A stretch of 59,078 nucleotides of DNA, counting the filler, from Catajapyx aquilonaris (Eukaryota), in NCBI GenBank assembly GCA_000934665.2. It is 2 parts of 2 records of this genome, joined end to end, with 100 filler letters (N's around TTAATTAATTAA, not from the genome) between each part and the next. Parts side by side here need not be neighbours in the genome. Positions count along the whole stretch, not along the records: positions 1 to 29,454 come from KZ539221.1; positions 29,555 to 59,078 come from JYFJ02004802.1. One strand, written 5' to 3'. The stretch's first letter is position 1, and each line of letters begins with the position of its first letter. Below the pieces are notes generated by a model. That model did no database searches. It saw only the letters and a list, made by a program, of their open reading frames with translations, and was not told the DNA's origin. Made by a program: the position numbers and the translations under genes. This document shows, in pieces, positions 25,699 through 38,364 of this stretch.

Positions 25699-26543
25699 CA
25701 AACGTCTCCAGACAGCCAACTCCACAACGACACCTCGCCTGCGCGCCATCGCGCGGGAGGGCCGGGAAGCTCAGAAGAGAGCTGCTACTCAGCAGCCGCT
25801 ACAGCTATTGCGCTATTCTGCGACTCGGTATCATTGCATTTTCGCCATAAAATGACGCGTGACTGACAATACTTCCTGCATGGTACTGTACGGTAATAAA
25901 TAAATTCCTGGATAAAAATAAGGAGGAACGGAGTGAAAAAAAAGACACAGAAGAAAAGACAACGAAAAAAAAAGGGGGGGGGGGNNNNNNNNNNNNNNGG
26001 GGGGGGGGGAAGCCTCCCTGGGACGCGAACCTGCACTCTGCAGCCTTCTGATCTATAGGCCAGCGCGCTGACCACTACACTACAGCAGGCATCGCTGGGA
26101 TGGCTCCTTCGGATAGGGGTTCTTATACTGTACAGCGCAGAGGTCAGGCCGCCGTTAAATGACCAATACGTGGAGGGGGCGAGCGTGTTGATATTTTCAG
26201 TGCTGGAATATTAATTTTCACTGCTTGATGTGGGCAGGGGGTAGGGGTACGATATACTAACCCAACCTAACCTAACCTTCACTCGTTGCGTATACAGCCC
26301 TATACTCAGCGTATGCAGCCCTATCTTGACGTATACAGCCCTATCGTCAGCGTATACAGCCCTATACGTACGGATGTGACTACAACCATATATGATAGCA
26401 GGAGAGCTGATAGCGGAATCGCAGTAGCTGCTACGGAGTAGCAGTTATCCGATGGAGTGATCGGATCGGCGATGAACGGAACAGCGTATGCGCGCAGGCG
26501 GGGTGTCGTTGTGTCGTTGTGGAGTGGCTGTCTGGAGACGTTT
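25699..26543. mobile_element. Nested IR elements; inner 25782-26444 contains a tRNA-like cassette (26012-26090, minus) and 4x ~21-bp repeats (26289-26367)
   Basis: Outer IR AAACGTCTCCAGACAGCCA / TGGCTGTCTGGAGACGTTT; inner CTACTC.G.AGC.GCTAC IR; GTAGTGTAGTGGT A-box and GGTTCG B-box-like motif. Confidence 0.65.
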
Positions 26544-26998
26544 TTTAGGTATTACCAACCAGGCCTAGCCCCGACCCCTTTCTCCCACTCACCGCAGACA
26601 AAGGAGTCACACAGTTCCGGTATAAAACTGTTTATTGCACACTCAAAATCATACCCAGCATACACACAGAGCACTTACGCACAGGGCATGGGGCCAACGG
26701 CCCCACAGACACAATACACCAGGAGATCACCTCCAACCCAACCACCCTGTTCCCTTGCCTTGCCTCGCCTCTCTCCACTACTCCTCCCTTCCCTGCCTCC
26801 CACCTCATCCTCACAACCTTCAGTAAGGTGCTGCCATCTGCTGGAGGCTGCCACCTGCGCAAGCCGCCACACCGTGACGTAGTAAAACGAAGCAAGTCAT
26901 ATAGGGTGGTGCAAAAGATAACTGGTAATAACTGGTTCACAACCTCAGTGCATTGATAGGAATCGGAATGGCCTTATAATCCATCCCACAGATATATC

Positions 26999-27671
26999 CC
27001 GAGGTGGGCACAGCTAACAGAAAAATTAGCTTCTCTAACAGCTAATCAGCTAACTAAAAAATTCGGCTTTGCTAAATAGCTAGAAAATTAGTGTAAGCTA
27101 ATGCTAACAGCTAACTTTTATTTTGGAATTGAACCTTTTTTGGCTCTATGACCCTTAAAAAACAGACCTAAGCTGATAGAGCCTAGAGAACATTGCTACA
27201 CATACGCCTTATTTAGTTACGTACTGTTCTGTACAAAAAGTAATAAACAAATCTAAAGAGCAAAAAGGGTTATTGGCTTATTGGTCACATACTGATATTC
27301 TTACATTTTTACTCCATCATTTGGGAGTGACGGTTGGCCATAGGGCCTTGAAGTCCCCCACATTTTTGGACATTGAAATGAAGAATGGTAGACCATGAGA
27401 TAGGGCCTTGAAGTCCCCCACCCATAAACAGGTCTATTTTAATCCCTAACTGGAGTGGAAACAATGCAACTTAAAAATAACAGACAGTGAGACAGGAACA
27501 GGAATGAATTTTGTTAGCTGAATGTATTTAGCTGCAGTGTGGCACTAATTTAGTGGGAGCTAATTAGTCAGCTAGCGGCCTTAAAAGTCAGAGAAAACAG
27601 CTAATCAGCTAACGAAAAGTTAGTTCAGCTATTAGCTGTTAGCTGATTGTCGGCACTAATGCCCACCGTTG
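26999..27671. mobile_element. hAT-like MITE
   Basis: GGTGGGCA/TGCCCACC termini, (T)AGCTA subterminal repeats, 6/8 TSD GATATATC/GATATAAT. Confidence 0.65.
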
Positions 27672-28450
27672 GATATAATTATTATCTATGATCCATTTTT
27701 GTTGCAAGCGTTTGAATCCGATGCGATGAATTGTCTCAGTATTTTGGACGCAGCCGCCGCCACACAGTGCTCCAGAATATTCATATACCCGGACATAATA
27801 GATTTTTAAACTTTGTAATGCAATGCCATTATTTGGTCCAATATATTCAACCAAAGTGACTTTTCTTACCCTCCTGAATTTTGAAATTTTTTGTATTTTC
27901 TAATTCTGCTTGGCCTATAGTGGTGAGACAACATAACCTCCGCTGCTAATTTCCACGTTAGGGGTCGTGCAAATACCACGCGACCGTTTCGGGGGGAGGG
28001 GGGGGGNTCTGCTGATATACCACAGTTGGTCACGGGGGGGGGGAGGGGAGGGGGGGGGATCGGCGAAAATTCATGTGGTATCTCTGAACACGGTGAATTG
28101 GCACATATGGGATATACCAGGGGAGCCCCCCCCCCCTGTAAAGGCAATAGCCTATCGGGGTATACACTAAAACTAAACTAAACTTGATTAAGTTAGTGAG
28201 TAAATGAATGTTCATAAAATATGCATATTCACTGAGGTAAGTCAGATATTATATATCAATGCTGCGGGTTCACGGGAGAGATGCCTTATTAGAACATGTG
28301 TTACATGAGTATGGCATCTGGTGGCCTGAATAAGGGGCTGCACCAGCCAGTATTTTTATGAATTTATGAAATTAGCAATTAGCAGTTGGCAATCGTTCAC
28401 ATTGTGTTGCTCTGAACACAGTGAATGAGCACATATGGGAGCTTTTACAG

Positions 28451-28560
28451 ATGTACTATATCGCCCAAAAAGATAGAGACGATTTTGCATTTGACTCAAG
28501 TGCAACTTGCACTTGAATCAAATGCCAATCGTCTCTATCTTTTTGAGCGATATAGTACAT
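28451..28560. mobile_element. 110-bp hairpin MITE
   Basis: ATGTACTATATCGC.CAAAAAGATAGAGACG ... CGTCTCTATCTTTTTG.GCGATATAGTACAT. Confidence 0.75.
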
Positions 28561-28703
28561 GCGGGGTTTTGTTTTATTTTAATGCAGAGCTCTACAGGGT
28601 GTATCAGAACTCTACCGTAAGCTATGTGCCAATGGCATAAGGGGCACCAGAGCATCATTATATGTAGAGGGGTCATCATGTCTAGGCAGCCTCATTACGG
28701 GGA

Positions 28704-29454
28704 CTCGCTTTGCGAGGCGGGGGGGCTCCGCCCCCCCACGCCCCCCCTTGGGGCTGCGCCCCAATTGGCGCGCCTTCGGCGCTAATACCAGGATCACCAC
28801 TACAGGGCTGGCAACAATAACCTGGAGTATGTCGTCAACGGAGTTACCAATGAAGCATGACAAATACCACACCTGCAACAGTCCACCAACCTACCAACCA
28901 GCCAATCAACCAACAACAATGAGCGCGCCCCACAAACAACGGTGCAAGTGCAGCCGGCCCCACACACTTCCTCCGACAGTCCGCAAAAATTGGTCGGAGC
29001 GAGGTGGCAATGTGGCATCTATGTTCACAGGACACCCGTGACGTCACCACTAAAGGTGCGAGTAAAAGGCAACATGACGCAATAACAGATGACGTAGTGG
29101 AGGCGTTGAGTAGGGGAGGAGGATTCGAGGGGCGGGGGAGGCCGCCGGGGGAAGCGGGAGGTTATTGTGGGTGGTGGAGGCAATGCGATAGTGGCTCTCG
29201 TCTGTTGGCCGCTCGGGGAACCGGGGGAGTTTGCGGATATTTAATTTCGCGATCTCGGGTTTGCGTCTACATTTAATTTGGCGATCTCGAAAACGGCTGG
29301 GATATTCGCTGTTTTGAGGATTTTTGAAAATAGGAAAGCGGGTGCAAGGAATACAACGGTGTAAGTCCGAGGTCTGTACGACCTCGGGAAGTGGAAGATC
29401 TTTTCCATCCTATATCCTATATCCTATATCCTCGGATTGGGGCTTTATATATAT
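28704..29454 (-). mobile_element. Helitron-like element (copy H2), 5' tip cut by assembly gap
   Basis: Hairpin-train CGAG end at 28704; ATATATATAAAGCCCC..GGATATAGG head at gap; 29186-29454 matches 46600-46874. Confidence 0.75.
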
Positions 29455-29554
29455 NNNNNNNNNNNNNNNNNNNNNNNNNNNNNNNNNNNNNNNNNNNNTT
29501 AATTAATTAANNNNNNNNNNNNNNNNNNNNNNNNNNNNNNNNNNNNNNNNNNNN
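29455..29554. other. Artificial contig-joining spacer
   Basis: Exactly 44 N + TTAATTAATTAA (stops in all six frames) + 44 N = 100 bp. Confidence 0.93.
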
Positions 29555-30881
29555 ACACGTTTAGAAGCAAAAGTGTAGTGATCTAGAGATCCTGAAGATC
29601 AATTAAGATCGTGCGACAATGAGCACGTTGGTTTCAAAGAGGCGAGGAGATCTTGGTGCATGCGGTTGCATGCGTGTCCGTAATTGTGGGACAGGTGCGA
29701 CGAAATAACAAGAATCACAGTGGTAAGTGATAGTACAGGTGCGTCTAAATTGTATGCACCCTAGGCTGTGGATATTCTTCATATCGCTTCATCAGTGAGA
29801 CACGAATTTTTGTAAGATGACAACTTTCGTCATTGTGCTACAATATGCACACTTCAAATAAATATTTTCTTGAAGAAGCCATTTTAAACTTTTTATTTAA
29901 ATCTTTTATTTTACAAGGACACACTTGTTATAAAATTACGCTGACATGAAACCCCCCACCACCTATATTGCAGGAATTGTACAACGTTCTTATCTCCAGC
30001 AGTAGAATTGGACACAACACTGAATTGTGTATTTCACTGACATTTTTACTGACAATAACTTGTCAACCGGTTGTCAACACTACCATGACAATGACGCTAC
30101 TGTAGAGCAGCAACCACATAACTGTTATGTTACTACAGCCACTAACCAGATAATTATAGATTTAAGTGAATTTGTGATTATTATTTTAGAGGGTGGGTTC
30201 ATTGGTAAAAAATATTTTGTTTTGGGGTTCCCGACCCACCTTTAAAATTTCTGCATGGGGTCTTATTGTGGGCAATTCCATTTCAGATTAGGCCAGATCC
30301 AGAAAAGTTGTCAGGGATTGGTCTCCGATTATTACGGATAAATTGCACGAAGTACCGCTGTCGAAATGAGGAAGAATGACACTGGCTATTTTTCAGTGTC
30401 ATCTTTTATTTGCCCTGAAAAAAATCATAACCGCAGGGGTACCAAATCTGCTATTTCTCGAAGTTCATTTTTTCTCAACTTTGGACGCGTGTACCAATTT
30501 TCCTATAAGTTACACAAAACCCAAATTTGGAATGGAGCAACTGCCTACGTAGGCCTGAATTTTCAACATAATATAATTGCGAATGTGTAATTAGCAACCG
30601 CGGAAAATTGGCAAAAATGCTTTTTTACGACATTTTTGCCATTTTCGCAATTTTTTGTTCGCAAAAAATATATTTGTAGGCAAATGAAACATATAGACTT
30701 TCAGTACAACTCATACCCTCTCTACTTATCAGCTTTGTTAAGCTTTGAAGTCAGTAAAGGTTAACAGTGGAGCCATATTATTGTTGAACATTGTGAACTT
30801 TGCAAAACATGGTTTTGAAGACAATAATTTTCTCAAAAAACCAACGGGATAATTGAACACTGATTTATTTCTGTGCGGCAG

Positions 30882-32031
30882 AGGAACATCTGAGCCACAC
30901 ACCAGTGCGAAAATTTCTCTCCTCCCGAGGTTTATGATCCCGACTCGCTTTGCGAGGCGGGGGAGCTCCGCCGTTATCCCCGTTATTATCCCCGTTGGAT
31001 GTTGAGTACTGGCTGGATAAAAAGGGGGTGAACACCGCTGGAGAGATGGACAAGATGGGACGGACCGGAATTCACTGGGCGGCTCGTATGGGCCATAAGG
31101 ACGTGGTTCAGCTTCTGCTTGATCGAGGCGCGGACCTGGATCTGGGAGGCGGAACAGACTGTCGTACACCGCTTCACTATGCTGCGATGTTCGGGTTTGA
31201 AGGGATAGCCCGGCTTCTCCTTCAGCGTGGGGCGGACGTGACCAAGAAGGACAGACGGGATAAGACACCGAGGCAACTAGTCGCAATGAACGGCAACAAC
31301 ACGCAGCTCCTCCTCATGCTTGAGAAGAAGGAAAAGGAGCTGCAGGCCGCAGCCGAATCATCCATGAATGCTGGAAAGGTAAGGCGCAATCAAGTCAACC
31401 AAACAGTGCACTAATATATTACTCTTTCAACAGCCCGACCCGAACGATTACATCAAGGCTTGTCGTAAGGGCAAGCTGTTCGAAGTAAAAGAGTGGATTG
31501 AAGTACGGCAATTGGATGCCAAGAGCACAATGGATCACAATGGGTGGACCGGAGTCCACTGGGCCGCTTACGAGTGCAACATGGACATTGTTAAGTTTCT
31601 GCTTAACTCAGGAGCAGATGTGGACCAAGCGGACGAGGTGAACAGTCGTACTCCGCTTCATTACGCAGCATTGTATGGCCAGAAGGCAATCGCCACTTTC
31701 CTTCTGGAGCGAGGGGCCAACCCGAAAGTGGAGGACAAGGATGGCAAGATTCCTCGACAGCTTGCCATCTTCAACGGGTACCACCCACTGGCCAACATGC
31801 TGAAGAAGGAGGAGGAGGAGATGGAGCGGGAGTCGGAAGCCTCAGAGGACAAAGTACGTACCTGTACATTTGAAACCAATTTTAATCCGAACTGTACTGT
31901 ACGTGTGTCTAAATTGCTGCTATTTTCAGAAGTACGGAAAGCGGAAATCTTCGACAAGCATCAACCGAAACCAGAAGAGGAAACCCTCTTGGAGATTCGA
32001 CGGCGAAGCGGAGAAGAAGAGTGATACGTGA
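30882..32031 (+). CDS. Ankyrin-repeat gene, two tandem ANK modules; exons ~30882-31378, 31434-31853, 31930-32031; 5' frame apparently broken at 30944-30995
   Basis: TGIHWAARMG, TPLHYAAMFG, TGVHWAAYEC, TPLHYAALYG motifs; GT-AG introns of 55 and 76 bp keep frame; 5' boundary inferred. Confidence 0.75.
30944..30972 (-). mobile_element. Isolated 29-bp Helitron-like 3' terminus (H3)
   Basis: CTCGCTTTGCGAGGCGGGGGAGCTCCGCC matches the H2/H4 ends. Confidence 0.7.
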
Positions 32032-33163
32032 ACGGGATCCGATGTTCGCACGTTTTCGCGTGTTGTACAAATCACGTACACCCGTTATTATCCAGATCTG
32101 ATCACTTTTTTTTGTCCGCCTAACATCGGATCCCTCGGACATTTACTGCCCAATTGTCTAGGCAATCACATGACTTTTTTTTTTCCGGGGAAGAACGCAT
32201 GCCGGAGAAATGTACATAGTTTCGCGCAACCAGTGTGTATGTTCAAAGTTGAGTGGAGTGGAGATATGTCACAAATTCCATGTTTCGGGCAAGCTTGGTC
32301 CGCTAATATTCTACCTGGGCAAAAATCGCAGCGGTAAAAAATATTTGATTACTTTTATATCAGAATGCGATAGCTTGTAATGTCTAGGATTCGCTCTATC
32401 GGGACTCTAAAAAAAAAAAGCTGGCCATGTACAGATGGTTTTACTGATCTTATAAAATTTTTTGGGGGGTTTTTAAAGAATTATTACAAGAGGCAAATTA
32501 TATGTATTTGAAAACCGGTTAATTAGTTTCGAGTGATGAGATACGATGCAATAATGTGCTGGTTACACGACAACAATTGCTCTGCCGGGCGAGCCTTTTT
32601 TTTTCTGGAAGGAAAAATGTTGTGACATTTGACCTTGGTTGACACTTCACCTCTTATTCAGTAGCTGCTGGTTTTTACTTGATTTTCCATTGTTTTTAAA
32701 TGGCGAATGATTTTGTAATTTGTGTCATTTTCCGTTAGTTGTAAGCGAGATTTTCTTCCCCGATTTTCAGGGCAAGCGAGAGAGAATATGGCGTACAAAT
32801 TACATGCGTAAAACGAGTTTTTAAAATACAACAACAACAGGATTTTAGCACTGTGTAACTTCCTGGTAAATTATATTTTACATGATGATTCCAACGTCCA
32901 TTGAGAGTCCAAAGCTTAGATGGCATACGCTACTTTCCGTACTTTCTGCAAAGCACTTGCATTTTCGTACGGGTTCGGATGGACGGCATTCTTCACATCC
33001 CGAGTGCACATGGAAATTTACGCCAGAATGTAACTATTTTCCTGCCAGAGAAAAGCGGCAGATTTCGACATTGGCCCCGAAGAATTTGCACGATGGAAAC
33101 GAAAGGAGCATGTGCCGTCTGAGCATGTGACTTATTATTTGCCTGCATCAATTTCAGCGTTAA

Positions 33164-33260
33164 GGCCCATTCACACAGGCCGTCAACGGTTTTGGTTTTC
33201 GGTCGCTTTGACGCCGCAGACCAAAGACCAAAACCGTAGACGGCCTGTGCGAATGGGCCG
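33164..33260. mobile_element. PIF/Harbinger-like MITE
   Basis: GGCCCATTCACACAGGCCGTC / GACGGCCTGTGCGAATGGGCC with TAA/TTA flanks. Confidence 0.7.
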
Positions 33261-33936
33261 TTAAGTGGAGACACTTTCACCAATAATAATAATTGATAGG
33301 AACAAATATTGTTTAATAAAATCTCCTGCGTTTATCAGTTTTATAAGGGGGGGCACTTCAACAACAAAAAAAAACAATGAATGCAACTTATGCGCATGAA
33401 TCAGGTCGTCGTACATGCTCCGTGCCCAATTACGTTCAAAAAAAAAATCAAATGTCTGCAGACCTCGTTACAGGTTAAGGAACAAATACCCCAGCAATCA
33501 GAACCAGTTATCATTATTCTTTCAGCAAATAGTGGTGATGTCACATGCCTTCAATATATTATTGGTTTAACGACTGACACATGTTGAGCAATTGCTGGCC
33601 GTTGTGACATCACCACTCTTTCTCCTGCTGGATAATGATTGCTGGTGGACCTGATTGCCTTAACAGAATTAGCCAACGAAGCCGCAGCATGACCGCAACT
33701 ACGGAGTTACAAACTTCAAACTGCAACTTCATGTAAAAAAAAACAAAATTGCAATCCCCCATCATAACGTTAAAAAGAAGGGGGGGAAAAAATGCAATCC
33801 CCAACTTGAAGTGAAAACTTCCTGCCTGAACTTGTGGGTCTTGCTCACTGCTGATGTGAACTGATGTCCTGCAAAGAGTAAGAGGGAAGCATCGTAATAA
33901 TTATGACCGAGACATTAATGCGTCTGTTCCTTTTTT

Positions 33937-34557
33937 TTAGGTTCGATGGTTGGCGGACAAGCTCACCTCCAGATAGCGGACCACCCGTGCCCTCCCCTGC
34001 ATCCTGGCTAGGTCGACGGCCGTCTGCCCTTCACCATCCTTGGCGGAGTGGTCAGCGCCTGCCTCCACCAGGAACCTGACAGTGTCTAGACAGCCGCCGT
34101 AGGCAGCATAGTGCAGTGGGGTGTAGTCGACGAGGCCAGGGTCATTCAGGGTGGCCCCTTCGTTCAGGAGGAAGTCGACCACCGCCACTTGGTTCTCACG
34201 AGCTGCGTAATGGATCGGCTGGTCCTCGTCCACATCCTTGGCCTTGACCTCCGCCCCTCCTCGGATCAGGTGGCCGCAAGTGGACGGATGCCCACTCATT
34301 GCGGCCAGGTGCAGCGGAGTGTCCTCCGCCAGCCCTTCCTGGTCGACTGGCCAGCCTTCACTCACCAGGTAAGAGACTACCTCATCCCGCCCCGACTTGG
34401 CCGCCACGTGCAGCCCGCTCCAGCCGTTGGTGTCGTCCACCAGGCCCACCAGTCCTCCGATCCCAGTGTACATCTCCACCATTCCTTGGACTTCCGTAAG
34501 ACGGCCATGTTCGCACGCCATCAGAAATTGGAGCCTCTGGGAGAAAATATTGGCCAC
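33937..34557 (-). CDS. Ankyrin-repeat protein (about 5 repeats); true start or upstream exon uncertain
   Basis: SGLHVAAKSG, TPLHLAAMSG, QPIHYAAREN, TPLHYAAYGG, TAVDLA; uninterrupted 206-codon frame. Confidence 0.88.
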   Translation of the reverse strand: MANIFSQRLQFLMACEHGRLTEVQGMVEMYTGIGGLVGLVDDTNGWSGLHVAAKSGRDEVVSYLVSEGWPVDQEGLAEDTPLHLAAMSGHPSTCGHLIRGGAEVKAKDVDEDQPIHYAARENQVAVVDFLLNEGATLNDPGLVDYTPLHYAAYGGCLDTVRFLVEAGADHSAKDGEGQTAVDLARMQGRARVVRYLEVSLSANHRT

Positions 34558-35661
34558 ATTAACACGTACTTATCAAACAAATAGCAGCGGAGCCTGTTCT
34601 TCCCACGGCCTGTTTCCTGCCGTAGACAGCAAACAAACAAACTTTCCCGTACGTGTAAGAAGTTCTTGCAAATGCATTAAAATAACCATTGTTTTGGTCT
34701 CACCTTAGTTTGGTTCGATATGAGCTCCATTTGTCGCACGGCAAATGTAAATATGGTAATCGGTGTCATGCCTAACCAGCTCCGACATATCATGTCTGGC
34801 GTTACCATTGCAACCTTTTCCCATGAGATACCTAATCTTTTCACCATACATGTATCTCCACAAAAATGTCCATCAGGGTAAGATCTGGGCTTCTGGGGGG
34901 CTAGGCACTGAAAAAATTCTCATTCATGACTTCGGTCACTGGGAGAGGTCTAGCCGGGCCCCAGGGACGACAAAGATTTGGGCCCCCTTCGCTCGAATAC
35001 AGACAGTGACAGTTTCAAATTTTAGTTCAAAGTTGCTGTCCGCAAGAAAAAGGCATTCGGATTATATGAAGTGAATCGATCTCTTCACAAAACCATCCCA
35101 ACTGTTAAAGGGACAACTCCACTCAAAATACAAGTTGGGCTCTAAAAATCTGGGAAGAAATCCTGATTCCGAGGGTATAAGCAGTTTTCCTGAGAGATGA
35201 ACGGTAAGGCCATGGCGAGCCGTCAAAGTTTGGCAATTCGAATCTGGCGCATAAGAGCTGCCCGCCCAGCCCCCTCCGCGCGCGCCGCCAACCGGGACTG
35301 GGCAGAAATTGTCATAATTCTCAGTCATCTTTGGTCCACGGCATCATTGGTTCCTACTGGTGTCGGGTCGTAGGTGGGGGTAGCCACCTCATCGTCGTAT
35401 GGCTCAAATTGGTATGGGAGGAGGCCGTGCGGACTTGGTCTGGGAAGCCCTGCTGGCAGGTCGCTCTCAGCAGCAGTCGCCGCACCACGGAGGAGTAGGA
35501 TGGAGAGGAAACCCGCCCCAGCCTCCTGGCATTTTTTGTGTCCGGGGCTTTTCAGCGGGGGGCCGCCAGTTGTCGCCAGGGCCTTTTTTGCTCCAGAATC
35601 TGGTGCTTTGTATATGGCGAAGCACTGGGTGAACCGCTGATTTTCGTGATTTAACGGAAAT

Positions 35662-36617
35662 GGCTCGTCCTGAGTTGGACATTTTCGATGTGGATGACAA
35701 CAGTAGTTATGCGAACATATTGCCCTGCCAGTCAAGTAGTGGTGACATTATGCACGGAGCATGACACTACTGGTCAAAAGTTAAGGATCACCCCCAAGCA
35801 GAGGTTTTTAATTTCTCAACCTTAAACTTACAGTACAAATTGAAAGTGTGAGGTACTGTTGAAAGCTTCGTGAATAACTCTAAGAAGACGAAAAGGAACG
35901 GTCAGTCTAGGTTCAACAGAGGCGCAGATAATACCTATTTTGTTTTAAAAAACATTCTCGAACACCTACAATTTAAACTATAAATATTAATTAATAAAGG
36001 TAATCATCACGAATTGATGCTTTATAATTTTTTTATTTATGGCAAGAAGCAAACGCCGAACATAAAAGAAATTACCACAAGAATTTTAAAAACTTATCAC
36101 TCGAACTGTAATTTTTTAAATTTTCGGTACCGTACATATAAAAAGAAATGCTGAAAATTTAAAAAATACAGTTCAAGTGATAATTTTTGTAAAAATTCTT
36201 GTGGTAATTTCTTTTATGTTCGGCGTTTGCTTCTTGCCATAAATAAAAAATTATAAAGCATCAATTCCTGATGATTACCTTTATTTATTAATATTTATAG
36301 TTTAAAATGTAGGTGTTCGAGAATGTTTTTTAAAACAAAACAGGTAACGTCTGCGCCTCTGTTGAACCTAGAGTGACCGTTCCTTTTCTGCTTTGTAGAG
36401 TTATTCACGAAGCTTTCAACGGTACCTCACAATTTCTATTTGTACTGTAAGTTTAAGCTTGAGAAATTTCAAAACCTCTGCTTGGAGGTGATGCTAAACT
36501 TTTGACCAGTAGTGTAATGCTCCGTGCGAAATGTCACCACTACTTGACCGGCAGGGCAATATGTTCGCATAACTGCTGTTGTCATCCACATCGAAAATGT
36601 CCAACTCAGGACGAGCC
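35662..36617. mobile_element. Compound fold-back: outer ~100-bp arms plus inner Tc1-like palindrome (35765-36514)
   Basis: Symmetric throughout with ~24-bp centre; inner termini CACTACTGGTCAAAAGTT / AACTTTTGACCAGTAGTG|TA. Confidence 0.85.
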
Positions 36618-37200
36618 TTTAAGGAACTAAATAGGCATTTGCCTAAAAATCCTATAATAATAATCAGTAATAGGCTGTTTTGACTGTCCGAGCAAATATA
36701 TTACAGATGGCTAGGCAGTGATAAGCCGGTAACTTTTGAAAATTTTGTAGTATTTGTACGTAAATTACGAAAAACTGGTCCCGGATGGCAAAAATGTTGA
36801 AATGCAGCACATGAAATACTTCAGTGACTTGATCTTCTCATATGATTCCCGTACGCACTGATGCACATGGGTAATTTTCAATTTTTTTTGCGCATTTGCT
36901 GCGTCAATGTAGAAAAAAATAATATAAATAACTGTGGCCAATCCTGCAAGTCATTTTACATTTACGTGAAAGATACATTCATTTATGTGCTCATTTGATA
37001 TCAAAAACATGGATTAGAATTCATTCAGTCATATGTAACTAAATAAAAAATGATGAAAAGTGTATGGAAATGAGGTGAAGCTGACCGCAAGATTAGCTCT
37101 TTGTGAATTTCATGCAGCTGTGTGTCAGTAGCCGGATTTTGGAACCAATTTTTTTTTTACACTTGTTATGATTGGATACCCCAAAGTTTAGACACACATC

Positions 37201-38364
37201 CAGGGTTGTGAACCGAACCGAACCCTTGCTCCGTGAACCCGATAACAGCGAACCCGCTCCGGAGCAGTAGAGTCGGAGTCCGGAGCGAGCGTCGGAACGG
37301 GGTTCGGGTTCAAGGCGGCTCTGGAGTTGAGTGGAGCGAAGGTCGGAGCTGGTTCGGAGCGAGAGTCGGAACGGGGTTCGGGTTCAAGCCGGTTCAGGAG
37401 AAGAGTGGAGCGAAGGTCGGAGCGGGTTCGGAGCGAACCGCTCCGGAGTTGAACCCGGTTCAGGAGCGGGGTTCGGAGCGTGTTTCGGATCGGGTTAGGA
37501 GCGGTTCAAAGCTTGGTTAGGTACAACATACCAACCCAACAGGGGGAAAGGCAGAAAAACCGCTGGATTTACTCCAGAGTATGCATCATGTTTTCATGGT
37601 GGGAGAATGACATATCCAAGCACCCGCGATACAGGGTGTACCGCAAATGTCACATTTTCATGTCATGCGCATTTTGGTATGTTACAATATGTCATGCGCA
37701 TTTTTGTATGCCACAATATGTCATACGCATTTTTGTGTGCCACGTGGCACACAAAAATGCGTATGACATATTGTGGCATACAAAAATGCGCATGACATAT
37801 TGTAGCATTAAAAATGCGTATGACATGAGAATGTGACATCCAAAAAATGGGTATGAGATATTGTGGCACACAAAAATGCGTATGACATATTGTAACATAC
37901 CAAAATGCGCATGACATGAAAATGTGACATTTGCGGTACACCCTGTATCGCGGGTGCTTGGAAATGTCATTCTCCCACCATGAAAACATGATGCATACTC
38001 TGGAGTAAATCCAGCGGTTTTGCTGCTTTTACCCCTGTTGGGTTGGTATGTTGTACCTAACCAAGCTTTCAACCGCTCCGAACCCGCTCCGAACCCCGCT
38101 CCTGAACCGGGTTCAACTCCGGAGCCGTTCGCTCCGAACCAGCTCCGACCTTCACTCCACTCTTCCCCTGAACCGGCTTGAACCCGAACCCCGTTCCGGC
38201 GCTCGCTCTGAACCAGCTCCGACCTTCGCTCCACTCAACTCCAGAGCCGCCTTGAACCCGAACCCTGTTCCGACGCTCGCTCCGGACTCCGACTCTACTG
38301 CTCCGGAGCGGGTTCGCTGTTATCGGGTTCACGGAGCAAGGGTTCGGTGCGGTTCACAACCCTG
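37201..38364. mobile_element. hAT-type compound fold-back with inner palindrome 37515-38062 built of ~32-bp repeats
   Basis: CAGGGTTGTGAACCG / CGGTTCACAACCCTG, 7/8 TSD CACACATC/CATACATC; GGTTCGG repeats; centre GTGTGCCACGTGGCACAC. Confidence 0.88.

Noticed and set aside
28704..28782. Endogenous anellovirus or CRESS virus
   Set aside because: Only hairpin similarity; no Rep or capsid ORF; behaves as a dispersed repeat with fixed ends
30882..34557. Ankyrin genes nested in a huntingtin intron
   Set aside because: Separated from htt by the artificial contig linker
30950..34557. Endosymbiont-derived ankyrin genes
   Set aside because: GC-rich codons, spliceosomal introns in the plus-strand gene, no bacterial neighbours
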